Below are positions 12,667-30,599 of a stretch of DNA of 64,000 nt, piece by piece. The notes beneath the pieces are model-generated. The model ran no database searches, was not told the origin of the DNA, and worked only from the letters and a program-made list of their open reading frames with translations. Positions within the stretch are counted from its first letter, which is position 1. Each line of letters begins with the position of its first letter. The position numbers and the translations under genes are program-made. Source of the stretch: Candidatus Dormiibacterota bacterium. Lineage in GTDB: Bacteria > Chloroflexota > Dormibacteria > Aeolococcales > Aeolococcaceae. The DNA lies in NCBI GenBank assembly GCA_963718525.1, contig OY970355.1, forward strand, positions 3,008,001-3,072,000, given 5' to 3'.

Positions 12667-12716
12667 CCGAAGACCGCAGGCGCGGGGCCGCTCCCGCTCA
12701 ATTCTCCTGCGCAGGT
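12667..12716 (+). ncRNA. Ribosomal protein L10 leader (autoregulatory cis RNA), core
   Basis: CCGAAGACCGCAGG...CAAT..CCTGCGCAGGT resembles the conserved L10-leader core (GCAGG/CCTGC stem flanked by AAGAC and AGG) upstream of rplJ. Confidence 0.8.
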
Positions 12717-12803
12717 GGGCAACGCTGCCGGAGCGCACCCGCGAGTGCGGACCGGGCCGTCGTCCCGCCGTCGGCACGGGCGCGGCCACCGACGGAGGCA
12801 GCA

Positions 12804-13355
12804 ATGGCAACAACCAGCACCGGCAAGCCGGAGGTGAGGGCGGGTTCGCGCAAGGTCGCGGCCGTGACCAATCTCACCGAAAGGCTCTCGAGGGCAACCT
12901 CGGCCGTCGTGACCGACTACCGGGGACTGACGGTCCGCCAGCTCGAGGATCTGCGCGGCCGGCTCCGGGTCGAGGGAATCGACTACATCGTCGTCAAGAA
13001 CACCCTTGCCAGGCGTGCGGCCGTGGAAGCGGGCACCCCCGCCTTCGCGGACGTCCTCGGTGGCCCGGTCGGACTGGCTATCGGATACGGGGACCTCTCC
13101 GCGCCGGCGCGGATCCTCTTCGAGCACTTCCGGAGCACACGCACGCTGCCGCTCGTGGCGGGCCTCGCCGAGGGTCGGGTGCTGAACGGCGACGACGTGC
13201 GCACCCTCGCCGAGCTCCCTTCCAGGGACGTGCTGCTCAGCCGCCTCGCAGGAGCGCTGCTCGGACCCCTCTCCACCCTCGCGGGCGCCCTCGATTCGCC
13301 CCTGTCCACCCTCGCGGCCACCCTCGAGGCGTACCGCGACAAGCTCGCCGCCTAG
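12804..13355 (+). CDS. rplJ: 50S ribosomal protein L10
   Basis: TDYRGLTVRQLEDLR, VVKNTLARRA, LAELPSRDVLL; GGAGG RBS before ATG 12804. Confidence 0.98.
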   Translation: MATTSTGKPEVRAGSRKVAAVTNLTERLSRATSAVVTDYRGLTVRQLEDLRGRLRVEGIDYIVVKNTLARRAAVEAGTPAFADVLGGPVGLAIGYGDLSAPARILFEHFRSTRTLPLVAGLAEGRVLNGDDVRTLAELPSRDVLLSRLAGALLGPLSTLAGALDSPLSTLAATLEAYRDKLAA

Positions 13356-13397
13356 CCCGGCCACCCCCACACAAGACAACTTATTTAAGGAGAAGCA

Positions 13398-13784
13398 ATG
13401 GCCACCAAGACACTCACCCCCGAGGAGTTCGTTGACGCGCTCGAGTCCTGGACCGTCCTGGACGTCGTCAACGCCGTGAAACTCATGGAGGACAAGCTCG
13501 GTATCAAGGCCGCAGCCCCAGTCGCCGCCGCAGCCGCCCCGACCGCGGCAGCCGATGCCCCCGTCGAGGAGCAGACCGAGTTCACGGTCGTCCTCACCCA
13601 CCCCGGCGACGCCAAGATCAATGTCATCAAGGCCGTCCGTGAGATCACCGGGCTCGGCCTCAAGGAAGCCAAGGACCTCGTGGACGCGGCCCCGAAGGCC
13701 ATACGCGAAGGCGTCCCCCGGGCCGAGGCCGACAGCACCAAGGCGAAGCTCGAAGAGGCGGGCGCCTCCGTCGAGATCAAGTAG
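13398..13784 (+). CDS. rplL: 50S ribosomal protein L7/L12
   Basis: [33 protein letters not shown]; AAGGAG RBS. Confidence 0.99.
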   Translation: MATKTLTPEEFVDALESWTVLDVVNAVKLMEDKLGIKAAAPVAAAAAPTAAADAPVEEQTEFTVVLTHPGDAKINVIKAVREITGLGLKEAKDLVDAAPKAIREGVPRAEADSTKAKLEEAGASVEIK

Positions 13785-13814
13785 CGCGGTTCGAGCCGCA
13801 CCGAGCGAGGCGAA

Positions 13815-13834
13815 TCCGGCTCTCCGGAGCCGGA
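13815..13834 (+). terminator. GC-rich hairpin after rplL (possible terminator or stabiliser; no U-tract)
   Basis: TCCGGCTC-TCCG-GAGCCGGA perfect 8-bp stem. Confidence 0.35.
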
Positions 13835-13944
13835 CGCTTCAAAACGGGCGCGCACGGGTAGAGTTCTATTCCCGAGATCAAGCCCGGATGAAAGGCGCGC
13901 CAAACGCTCCGAACGGGCAGTGAAGGCCGTTTTACGCCGGTTTT

Positions 13945-13953
13945 TGCTACGAT
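13945..13953 (+). promoter_or_regulatory. Putative extended -10 promoter for rpoBC
   Basis: TGcTACGAT about 60 nt upstream of rpoB ATG. Confidence 0.55.
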
Positions 13954-14015
13954 ACGGGATTGTGCCCGTCGCCGCGCGTGCCCGCGCGCATTCCTTCTCG
14001 GGGGAACTTTAGCAT

Positions 14016-17402
<3,387 letters not shown>

Positions 17403-17426
17403 CAGCAATCGGTAGTTAGGACACAC

Positions 17427-21797
<4,371 letters not shown>

Positions 21798-21900
21798 GCG
21801 GGCGTCGGCAGCGCATACAGACACACGATCCGGTGACGGCTTCACTGCTGTTACCGGATCGTGAACTGTTGCGTCGCGGTGGCGGGCTAGGCTTTCTCCG

Positions 21901-22224
21901 ATGCTCCTTCTCCTCGCAGCTGCCGCGCACGCCTCAAAGTCCAGCTCCATTCCGGGAGACGTCTACCTCGCCGCCACCGGTGCCCTGGTCTGCTGGGTGG
22001 TGGTCTACCTCATCTACAAGGTGGTGATGACCGGTCGGAAGGACTTCGGGATGCCGGTCAAGCGCCGCCTGCTCTGCAAGCGTCTTCGCGTCGACCACGA
22101 CCAGAGCGCCGAGGTGCCGATCTGGTGGACCGATCTCCAGGTGCAGCGCGCTGTTCGGGCCCACTGGCGGCACACGCTGCGACTGCCGTTCGGGACGGCA
22201 TCAGAGGCGCGGCCTCAGTTGTAG
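21901..22224 (+). CDS. Small hypothetical membrane protein (probably leaderless mRNA)
   Basis: 107 aa with one TM segment (VYLAATGALVCWVVVYLIY); TAGGCT -10 element 7 nt before ATG. Confidence 0.6.
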   Translation: MLLLLAAAAHASKSSSIPGDVYLAATGALVCWVVVYLIYKVVMTGRKDFGMPVKRRLLCKRLRVDHDQSAEVPIWWTDLQVQRAVRAHWRHTLRLPFGTASEARPQL

Positions 22225-22340
22225 CGTTCTCGCACAGGAGTGTGACGAGGACCTCCGGATCGATCTGATCAGGGACCATGGCCGTCTGGTCGCAGTCGAT
22301 CACGGGCTCGGAGAGGGCACGACGCGGAGGTAATCACCAG

Positions 22341-23438
22341 GTGGCTCGGGTACTCGTCGCTGAGGACGATGCGCTCACGCGACGCTTCATCGAGGAGACG
22401 CTCGAGTTCGCCGGTCATGACGTGACCAGTGCCTCCAACGGCGCGGAGGCGATCGGCGCCGTTGATGCCCCGGGCTGTTTCGACGCGGTGATCACCGACT
22501 ACGCGATGCCGCATGCCAACGGCGTCGACCTCATCACCCACGCACAGCGGGTGGATCCGATGATCTCGTGCATCGTCGTGACCGCGTTTCGCGATCTGGA
22601 CCTCGCCATGCAGGCGATGCAGGCAGGCGCGGTTGCGTTCATCCCGAAGCCATTCAAATCGATACACCTGCTCACCGTGCTCGATCGCGCACTCGAGCGT
22701 CGCGAGCTGGCCGACGAAGCGCTGCGTCTGCGCTTTCTCGCGCCGATGCTCGAGCGCTTCACGATGGTCCTGGCCAACGCCCTCGAGTCCAAGGACTACG
22801 AGACCCAGGAGCACTCGACGCGGCTCGTCGGCATGTCCGATGCGATCGCGCGCCACATCGGCATCGGCGACGGCATGCGCAGCATCATCCGCTTCGGCGC
22901 CTGTCTCCACGACATCGGCAAGGTCGCAGTCCCCGAAGCACTGCTGCGCAAGCCGGAGGCGCTGACCGCCGAGGAGCGCAAGGTGATGCAAACCCACCCG
23001 GAGGTCGGGGCGGCGATTCTCGCGGACATCGACACCTGGGAAGACGTCCGGCTGATCGTCAGGCACCACCACGAGCACTTCAACGGCGCGGGGTACCCGG
23101 ACGGTCTCCGCGGCGAACAGATCCCGCTCGGTGCTCGCATCGTCTCGGTGGTCGACGCCTTCGATGTCATGCGCACGGGGCGGCCGTATCAACCCGCCCG
23201 CTCGTACGAATGGATCCTCGATGAGCTGCAGCGTGAGAGCGGGCGCCAGTTCGATCCCGACATGGTCGCGGCACTGATCGCCGTGATGCCCGTCGAGGGC
23301 ACCGCGATCGCGGTACCACCCCTGGACTTTCAGCCGGAGCGTCGAGCCGCGGTCGGGCGCCGCCAGAATGACGCCGCCATCGCCGCCTGGTTGCAGGGAG
23401 ACGGCGCGCTCCTCCGGGCCCCGATCCTCCCCAGGTAG
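22341..23438 (+). CDS. Response regulator with HD-GYP domain (RpfG-like c-di-GMP phosphodiesterase)
   Basis: REC (VAEDD, ITDYAMP, PKPF) plus HD-GYP (LHDIGK, HHHEHFNGAGYPDGL); GGAGGT RBS before GTG 22341. Confidence 0.93.
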   Translation: MARVLVAEDDALTRRFIEETLEFAGHDVTSASNGAEAIGAVDAPGCFDAVITDYAMPHANGVDLITHAQRVDPMISCIVVTAFRDLDLAMQAMQAGAVAFIPKPFKSIHLLTVLDRALERRELADEALRLRFLAPMLERFTMVLANALESKDYETQEHSTRLVGMSDAIARHIGIGDGMRSIIRFGACLHDIGKVAVPEALLRKPEALTAEERKVMQTHPEVGAAILADIDTWEDVRLIVRHHHEHFNGAGYPDGLRGEQIPLGARIVSVVDAFDVMRTGRPYQPARSYEWILDELQRESGRQFDPDMVAALIAVMPVEGTAIAVPPLDFQPERRAAVGRRQNDAAIAAWLQGDGALLRAPILPR

Positions 23439-23442
23439 CTCG

Positions 23443-24153
23443 CTAGCCCCTGAGCGGGCTCAGCGCCGTGAGCGCTCCGAGGTCCCCGGCGAGCAGAGCT
23501 GCCGCCAGTGTCTGAACTCCCCTCCCGTTCGGCTCCGTGAGGACCACGTCAGCCCGAGCCTTCAGGGCGTCGACCGCATTGGCGACCGCAACCGACACGC
23601 CCGCGACGGCAAAGAGCGGGATGTCGTTCTCCCCGTCGCCGACGGCGACGGTCGCGGCCGGGGACTCGTCCATGTTCCGGAGTGCCGCCTCGAGCCCGGT
23701 TCGCTTGCTGATGCCCGGGGGCAGCACCATCGCCGAGTCGCGGTTGCGGACGACCTGACGGTCAACACCAAGCTTGGCGATCGCGGCCGAGAGCTTTGCT
23801 TCCTGCGACCAGTTGGTCGAGCAGAGCACGCGACCGACGATCAGCGGGCTGACCCCGGTTCGCTGGAATTCGGCCGCCAGCGCACTCGGAATTCGAGGTG
23901 CCAGGAGGTGCTCTGCCCCGGTGGTCGCATCGACCACCACAGCGCCGTTCTCGACCACGATTTCATCGAAGAGGGTGCCGGGATCGAACACGTCGGCGAG
24001 CTCCTCCCGGGTTCGCCCGGTCACGAGGATCAACCGGATGCCGGCCGCTGCGACGCGCTCCAGGGCCTTGATCGTCTCGTCCGCCCACACCCCCTCGACG
24101 GCGAGTGTCCCGTCAAAGTCGCATGCCAGTACGCGATGCCGCATCCACTCCAT
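23443..24153 (-). CDS. HAD-superfamily (subfamily IIB, Cof-like) hydrolase
   Basis: DFDGTL, TGR, SKRTGL, GDGENDIPLF motifs. Confidence 0.9.
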   Translation of the reverse strand: MEWMRHRVLACDFDGTLAVEGVWADETIKALERVAAAGIRLILVTGRTREELADVFDPGTLFDEIVVENGAVVVDATTGAEHLLAPRIPSALAAEFQRTGVSPLIVGRVLCSTNWSQEAKLSAAIAKLGVDRQVVRNRDSAMVLPPGISKRTGLEAALRNMDESPAATVAVGDGENDIPLFAVAGVSVAVANAVDALKARADVVLTEPNGRGVQTLAAALLAGDLGALTALSPLRG

Positions 24154-24203
24154 TGTCGGGGGGACGTACCGATCCAGGCTTCGCGCCTCGTGAATCGGGG
24201 CAC

Positions 24204-25277
24204 TCAGAGATCGAATGTCGCCCGGACCTCCGTTCCCCTGCCGAGCTGCGATCTGATCTCGAGGTGGCCCTTGTCGCCGTCAGCGCGCTCGCGCATGGTG
24301 AGCAGCCCGAAGTGTCGGGTTCGATCCACGGTTGCCTCGGTCGCCTCGACGTCCATGCCCACGCCGTCGTCGCGGATCACCGCGTTCACCTGCTTCGGCA
24401 GGAACGTGATCACCACCTCGACGTTCGACGCCTTGGCATGCTTGCGCGCGTTGTTGAGGGCCTCCTGCACGATCCGGAAGAGCGTCTGCTCGAGACCACC
24501 GCCCATACGGATCTCCTCGCCGACCACGCGCAGGTGCGCGGTGATGGAGTTGCGCTCCCCGAACTCGGCGACGAATTTCCGGAGCGTCGGCACCAGGCCG
24601 AGGTCGTCCAGGGTCATCGGGCGGAGGTCGAAGATCAGCCGGCGCGTGTCATCGAGAACGCTTCGGACGCCGTTCTTGAAGTCCGCCAGCTCGGTGACCA
24701 CCATCTTCGGGTCGCGGGCGATGAGCCGCTCGATGATCTCCGCCTGGAGCACGAGGTTTGCCATCGACTGCGCAGGCCCGTCATGCATGTCCCGGGCGAT
24801 GCGCATCCGCTCCTCCTCGATGATCTGGAACGTCTGCCGCGAGGCATCGCGAAGCCGGGCAGTGCCATTGGTCGGTCCGGCGTTGGCGGCGAGAAGATCG
24901 TCGAGGCTGCGGTAGACAGCACGGAGCACCTCCTGCTCTGCCCGGATACCGGTGAGCCGGGTGCCGAGCTCGACCTGACGCTCCTCCGTCGCCGCAAGGT
25001 CCGCCCTGATCTTGGCGAGGGTGCGGAACGCACTGTCGATCTCGTCGACATCGCCGGCGGGCAGCACGCTCAGGAGTGCGCCCCACCGCCCCTCCGCCTC
25101 GTGCTGTGCGGTCCGCAGCTCCTGCAGGCGAAGGGCCACCGCCGCGAGCTCGTCATCGAGCGATGCCGCCGTCGCATCGAGATCCTCGATGCGCTTGGTC
25201 ACCAGGAATCGGACACCTGACAGCGCCGAAGGGTTCATGGTGGGGGCAGCTTCGACTTCACTCACCATCGTCATCAT
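24204..25277 (-). CDS. Soluble DegS-like sensor histidine kinase (HisKA_3)
   Basis: N-terminal coiled coil, EERMRIARDMHDGPAQS, FDLRPMTLDDLGL, QEALNNARKHA, DDGVG; exact start uncertain. Confidence 0.9.
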   Translation of the reverse strand: MMTMVSEVEAAPTMNPSALSGVRFLVTKRIEDLDATAASLDDELAAVALRLQELRTAQHEAEGRWGALLSVLPAGDVDEIDSAFRTLAKIRADLAATEERQVELGTRLTGIRAEQEVLRAVYRSLDDLLAANAGPTNGTARLRDASRQTFQIIEEERMRIARDMHDGPAQSMANLVLQAEIIERLIARDPKMVVTELADFKNGVRSVLDDTRRLIFDLRPMTLDDLGLVPTLRKFVAEFGERNSITAHLRVVGEEIRMGGGLEQTLFRIVQEALNNARKHAKASNVEVVITFLPKQVNAVIRDDGVGMDVEATEATVDRTRHFGLLTMRERADGDKGHLEIRSQLGRGTEVRATFDL

Positions 25278-25411
25278 GTCACCGCAGAGTCGCACCCTGC
25301 CCGTACTTCACAAATGGCTGTGACAGGCCTGTTGCACGACGGGCCGCGAGTAGCGCCGAGGGTATAACCAGATCGCAGTTGAACCACCCGATCAGGGAAA
25401 TCTCCACGCTC

Positions 25412-25849
25412 ATGAGGCACGGCGACCCACCACGCATTCTCGTCGCGGAAGACGATGACTCGCTTCGCCGCCTTCTTGAGTTGCGGCTCGCCAGTGACGG
25501 GTTCGACGTGCGCTGTGCCGAGGATGGCATGGAGGCGCTCGAGATCGTCATCAAGGGCTGGCTCCCGGATGCGGTCGTCTGCGACGTGATGATGCCGCGC
25601 CTGAGCGGGCTGTCGGTGAGTCGCGAGCTCCGTGCTCAGGCCAAGACCGCGTCGGTTCCGATCATCCTCCTCACCGCGCGCAATTTCGACGAAGACATTC
25701 AGGCTGTCATGGATCTCGGCGGGATCACATACATGGGCAAGCCGTTCGAGTTTGCGCATCTGCTGAAGATGCTCTGGTCGGCGGTCGGGCTCGAACAACC
25801 GGGCGCTCCGTCTGCGGCCCATGTGATCTCGGGAGCATCGCAGAGCTGA
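25412..25849 (+). CDS. Stand-alone response regulator receiver protein
   Basis: ILVAEDD, CDVMMP, LLTAR, KPF; no output domain. Confidence 0.9.
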   Translation: MRHGDPPRILVAEDDDSLRRLLELRLASDGFDVRCAEDGMEALEIVIKGWLPDAVVCDVMMPRLSGLSVSRELRAQAKTASVPIILLTARNFDEDIQAVMDLGGITYMGKPFEFAHLLKMLWSAVGLEQPGAPSAAHVISGASQS

Positions 25850-25871
25850 CGGCCGGGTAGCTGGCGGCGTA

Positions 25872-27530
25872 ATGAGCAGCGTGGCGGCTGAGGCGGTGCA
25901 CGAGCAGCGAAGTGGATTCCGCGCGCGCCTCGATTCAATGACCGCGCCCAGCGGACTCTTCATCGCGGCGGTGCTGGTCATCATGGCGCTGCCGGTCACG
26001 CGCACCATCCAGGATCCTGACTTCTGGTGGCATCTTCGCGCCGGTCAGCTGATCATCCAGCACGGTGGTCTGCTCGGCAACGACCCGTTCACCTATACGG
26101 TCGCGAACCACCACTGGACCATGCACGAGTGGCTCAACGAGGTGCTGTTCGCAATCGAGTTCACGGTCGGCGGACTCGAACTCATCGTTCTGACGCTCTC
26201 CGCGGTGACCTGGCTCGGACTTCTTGCGATCATGCAGAAGGCGCGCCTCCGGAATCCCGGTCGCGGTGTCCTCGGCATCGGCATTCTCATTGGGGTGATT
26301 GCCGGATTCCCGATCTGGGGACCGCGCGTGCAGATGATCACGTTCGCCTTCTCTGCATTGACGCTGTTGCTCGTCGAACGCCATCTGGTGCGTGGCGGCA
26401 GGGCGATGTGGTTGCTCGTTCCGTTGTTCGTGTTGTGGAGCAATTTGCATGGCGAATTCGTCATCGGACTCGCGTTCATCGCGCTCATCCTGGTCGCCGA
26501 GGTCGTCGGTCAGCGCCTCCACCTGCCCGACCCGGCGCCGCGCGCACGCCTCATGCCGGTGCTGTATCTGCTGATCGCCTGTACCGCGGTGAGCATGATC
26601 AACCTCAACGGTCCAACCATCCTGTTCTACGCGGCCGGCACGCAGGCATCGGGCCCGCAGCAGTCACTGATCGAGGAGTGGTTCTCGCCGAGCTTCCACG
26701 ACTGGGAGGTGCTCGTCTACGGCGCCATGATGCTCATCCTCGCAATGCTGATCGTCTTCAACCGGCGCATCCGTGCGCGCGATGTCGCGCTCGTGGTGGT
26801 GACGACTGCGCTGTCCCTGCAGTCCGCACGCCACATCGAGCTGTTTGTCGCGGCATCGACACCGGTCTTCATCGACCAGCTCGAAATGGCGACACCGCGG
26901 ATGCGGACCGCCCTCCGGCGCTTGCGACACGCGCAGCCCGCAGCGCCTGCGCGAACCCGGGTGCGGCCGCCGCTGCTCTTCCGCCTCACCGCGTTCGCAA
27001 TGCTGATGGCAGGACTCGGCGGCATCTACGTCGCATGGCTGGTGCCGAAGATGCAGCTGCAGCCGTATTCCCTGGCGTACGCGCAGGAATTCCCGGTGTG
27101 TGCGGCGCAGTGGCTGGCCGAGGCGCCGGAACCATTGAAGATCTTCAACCAGTACGGCGAGGGCGGCTACCTCACCTACGCGCTGTCCTCGCGTGGCGAC
27201 AAGGTGTTCATCTTCGGTGACGCCGCGCTCATGGGTGACCAGATGCTCGAGACCTACGCGTCGGTCGAGACGGTCACGCCGAACTGGGACGCGATCATCC
27301 GACAGTACGGCACCGACATCGTGCTCTACGACATCAACACGCCACTCGCCGACGTGATGGACCACGCCACGGACTGGACCAAGGTGTACCAGGATGGTCT
27401 GAGCGTCGCGTTCGTGCCGACGGAGAGGCTCTCGACGCTGCAGCTGCCACCCGTGCCTCACTGGGTACCCGGCAGCGTCTGCGCTCAGCAGGCGAAGGCG
27501 AGCGCAAACGCGGGAGCGCCGGCGCAGTGA
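25872..27530 (+). CDS. Polytopic membrane protein, GT-C (PMT-like) glycosyltransferase-like, copy 1
   Basis: DPDFWWHLRAG...DPFTY...HEWL external loop after TM1, many TM helices, WSNLHG, C-terminal soluble domain (FNQYGEGGYL, VFIFGD). Confidence 0.65.
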   Translation: MSSVAAEAVHEQRSGFRARLDSMTAPSGLFIAAVLVIMALPVTRTIQDPDFWWHLRAGQLIIQHGGLLGNDPFTYTVANHHWTMHEWLNEVLFAIEFTVGGLELIVLTLSAVTWLGLLAIMQKARLRNPGRGVLGIGILIGVIAGFPIWGPRVQMITFAFSALTLLLVERHLVRGGRAMWLLVPLFVLWSNLHGEFVIGLAFIALILVAEVVGQRLHLPDPAPRARLMPVLYLLIACTAVSMINLNGPTILFYAAGTQASGPQQSLIEEWFSPSFHDWEVLVYGAMMLILAMLIVFNRRIRARDVALVVVTTALSLQSARHIELFVAASTPVFIDQLEMATPRMRTALRRLRHAQPAAPARTRVRPPLLFRLTAFAMLMAGLGGIYVAWLVPKMQLQPYSLAYAQEFPVCAAQWLAEAPEPLKIFNQYGEGGYLTYALSSRGDKVFIFGDAALMGDQMLETYASVETVTPNWDAIIRQYGTDIVLYDINTPLADVMDHATDWTKVYQDGLSVAFVPTERLSTLQLPPVPHWVPGSVCAQQAKASANAGAPAQ

Positions 27531-29080
27531 AGCGCAACGATCTGCTGGTGATTGCCGGCGCCGCTGACGACGAGCGACGCGCGACGGTACGCCGCACTGC
27601 ATGGATCGCGGCTGCGGCGATCGTGGTGCTCGTGCTGACGGTCCAGCCGTTCAGCAACACCGACGTGTGGTGGCATCTCGCCCTCGGGCGCCTGATCACG
27701 ACCAGCGGGATTCCGGCGCATGAACCCTTCAGCTTCCTGCCCGCCGCGCATGCATGGATCGGGCAGCAGTGGCTCTACGAGGTAACCCTCGCAGGGCTCG
27801 TGGGCGCGGGCGGTGCGGGCCTCGCCTCCCTGGTCATGGGCCTCGCTGCGGTTGCCGCGGTCGTGCTTGCTGGGCTCGCCGTGCCGCACTCAGCGCGCGT
27901 GAGCGGCCCCTGGATCGCCGTATCGATGGTGATCACAGGGATCGTCCTCAACACCGTGGTGGGCGTCACGAGCGCCGTGATCTCCATTCTCGGGGTCGCG
28001 ACCGTTCTCTTCGTCATCAGTCGCTGGCGCGACGGGCGGACCTCGATCGTCTGGGGATTGCCCGCGCTCTTTCTGCTCTGGGCAAACATGGACGCCGGTT
28101 TTGCTGCGGGCCTCCTCATCGTGCTCGCGGCGCTGCTGATGATTCCCAGAACCACATCGAACCAAGGCAGCAGGCGCCAGCTCGCGATGGCGCTGGGGAT
28201 CAGCGCCGTTGCGGTGCTGGCCAATCCGCTGGGGCCGGGGATCTACGCGTCGGTGCTGTCCGGGGTCTTCAACCCGGGAATCGCCCAGAGCCTGGCGAGC
28301 TTCGGATCGCCGAACTTCCACGACTGGTGGGCGCGGCTGTTCGAAGCCGAGATGCTGCTCGTCGTCGTGCTCTGGACAATCTCGGGAGGGCCCGACCGGT
28401 TCAGCGCTGTCACCGGTTTCGGACTGCTCGTGGCCACACTCTATGCACAGGAGAACCTGGGACTCTTCGCTGTGTTCATGACGCCACAGCTCGCGATCCA
28501 CGGGTCGCGCGCCTGGAACCGGCACGTGGCTCCGCGCATCACCCGAGGTCCGCAGTATGTGGGCCGCCACCTCCACCCACTCGCGATCGGCGCAGTCCTG
28601 CTGGCGCTCACGGCAGCGATGGCGGTGGCAGTGGTGCCGCGGGTCAGCACATCGGCGGCCGCTTCATATCAGGCGACCCAATACCCCGAGGCGGCGGCCA
28701 CGTATACCGGGACCAACTTCCCGGGACAGCGGGTCTACACCATCGATGCCTGGGGCGGATACCTTGCATACCGTTTCCCGTCGGGTCGCGTGGTGTTCCT
28801 GTACGACGAGCCTGCCGTCTTCGGCAACGCCGCGCTGCAGCTGTACGACACCATCGATCAACTCGATCCGAACTGGGTCCACGTGCTGACCGGTGAAGGC
28901 ATTCACCATGCAATCCTTCCGTCCGATGCGCGCGAGGCGGCAGCTCTGCATGTCCTCGGATGGACGGTCAACTGCTACGACCCGGCGAGCAGCAGCGTCG
29001 TGATGTCGTCACCCCCAAACGGTGGAGGGGCGCCTCCCGCGCCCGGACCTGTCATCCCGCCTGGGGCCTCGGACTGCTGA
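27527..29080 (+). CDS. Polytopic membrane protein, GT-C-like, copy 2 (paralog)
   Basis: NTDVWWHLALG...EPFSF...QQWL, same layout as the upstream gene; GTGA overlap. Confidence 0.65.
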   Translation: MKRNDLLVIAGAADDERRATVRRTAWIAAAAIVVLVLTVQPFSNTDVWWHLALGRLITTSGIPAHEPFSFLPAAHAWIGQQWLYEVTLAGLVGAGGAGLASLVMGLAAVAAVVLAGLAVPHSARVSGPWIAVSMVITGIVLNTVVGVTSAVISILGVATVLFVISRWRDGRTSIVWGLPALFLLWANMDAGFAAGLLIVLAALLMIPRTTSNQGSRRQLAMALGISAVAVLANPLGPGIYASVLSGVFNPGIAQSLASFGSPNFHDWWARLFEAEMLLVVVLWTISGGPDRFSAVTGFGLLVATLYAQENLGLFAVFMTPQLAIHGSRAWNRHVAPRITRGPQYVGRHLHPLAIGAVLLALTAAMAVAVVPRVSTSAAASYQATQYPEAAATYTGTNFPGQRVYTIDAWGGYLAYRFPSGRVVFLYDEPAVFGNAALQLYDTIDQLDPNWVHVLTGEGIHHAILPSDAREAAALHVLGWTVNCYDPASSSVVMSSPPNGGGAPPAPGPVIPPGASDC

Positions 29081-29084
29081 AAGG

Positions 29085-30438
29085 TCAGGCTCGTTCGCCT
29101 GATCCAGGGAGGTCGACGACGGACCGCGCGGCCTCGAGGCCGGCTTCCAGCCGCTCGGTTCGCGCCTCCGAGGCTTCGCCCGGGACGGGGGATCCACCAG
29201 ACAGCACCTGGACCAGGTCCTCACGCTCGAGCAGCCGGTAGATCTCGGCTGCGCCATCCTGCGCGGGCTTTCCGACATCGTCGAGTCCGGCTCGCCTCGC
29301 CTCGGCAGCAACGAGCAGCAGCGTCGCGGCACACGCTTCGAGATCGTCCTGCCCCATCGAGAGGATCACCGCCTGCTCGGCGTAGCCAAGCGCGCGCAGG
29401 AGTGCGCCACGCCTGATCGCCACCTCGGCGAGCGCTCGTGAACCCGATGCGGCCAGTGAGTTCGAGCCCGAGGCTCCGTGCGATCACCACACTCTCGGTG
29501 AGCCGCCGCGCGGCGTCGTCCACCGCGCCTGCGAGCAGTGCGATCCTGCCGAGGTCGTGGAGTGCTTCCGCGGCCAGAGTCAGGTCGCCGCCTCGACGTG
29601 CGCTGTCGAGGAGCTCCTCGCCGTAGCCCGCGGCCGCCGCGTAATCATTGCGAGCCCGGGCGAGGCCGCCGAGCGCCGCGAGCGTCCGCTCGCGGATCTG
29701 CCGCTCGGTGCCGCCGCTGAGGGTGAGCGCCTGCTCGAGGCAGAGCTCCGCATGCGCTGTGTCCCCGGAGTGGAACGCCTCGGCAGCGACGTCGATGAGC
29801 AGGCCTGCGGTGGCCGCCCGAAGCTCGCCACGCTGGTCGCGTGCGAGCGCCTCGCCGATGTTGCGCATCGCATGACCGCCTCGGCCGGCGTCCAGCTCGA
29901 CGCGCGCAAGGTTGACAAGAGCCTTGGCCACGATCGCGTCGTCACCTGCGCGGCGGCCGAGCTCGGCCGATTTTTCGAGCAATGCGACAGCGCTGACCAG
30001 ATCACCCGCGTGCGCGGCGTGACGCCCCCACTCGCCTGCCACAGCAGCCTGGAGCACCACGTTGCCGCTGCGCTCGGCGAGGCGAAGCGCAGCTTGCCAG
30101 TACGCGTCCGCGGCCGCATCACCTGCATTCGACAGCGCGGCGGCGAGGTCCGACATCGCGCTCGACGCCCACTCCGGGCGTGCGAGCGACCATACGTTCA
30201 GTGCGGTGAGAACGTCTGCCGAGGCTCGAGAGCTATCGCCGGTAAGTTGATACGCGAGTCCGCGCGCGAGCAGCGCACCGCCGCGTTGCTCGGGTGCTCC
30301 ATCTGGCGAGAGCCGGTCGAGAGCGCGGTCATATGCGGCGATCGCATCCGCGAGGCGACCGTCCCTGAGGGCGGCCGCGCCGGCTGCGAGGTCATCCGGA
30401 CGATCCGGCTGCAAAGCGGCGATTGCTGGTGGTGACAC
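29085..30438 (-). pseudogene. TPR-repeat protein (about 450 aa) split by a 1-nt frameshift near 29460
   Basis: TPR-like helices in ORF 29221-30438 switch frame at CTCGAACTCACTG into SLAASGSRALAEVAIRRG... (ORF 29085-29423); pseudogene or sequencing indel. Confidence 0.75.
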
Positions 30439-30599
30439 GGCTGACCTGAAGTTTCCAGGACCGGGGCATGCATGCGTTCGCCTGTAACAGTGGGTGGTGC
30501 GGCATCGTTACGAGACCTTCGTCTGGCAACCGCGAACCGCCATTAGGCTCACCAGAGTGAGCGAGGCGATCCGCGGCCGTACACGCGGGCCAGACAACC

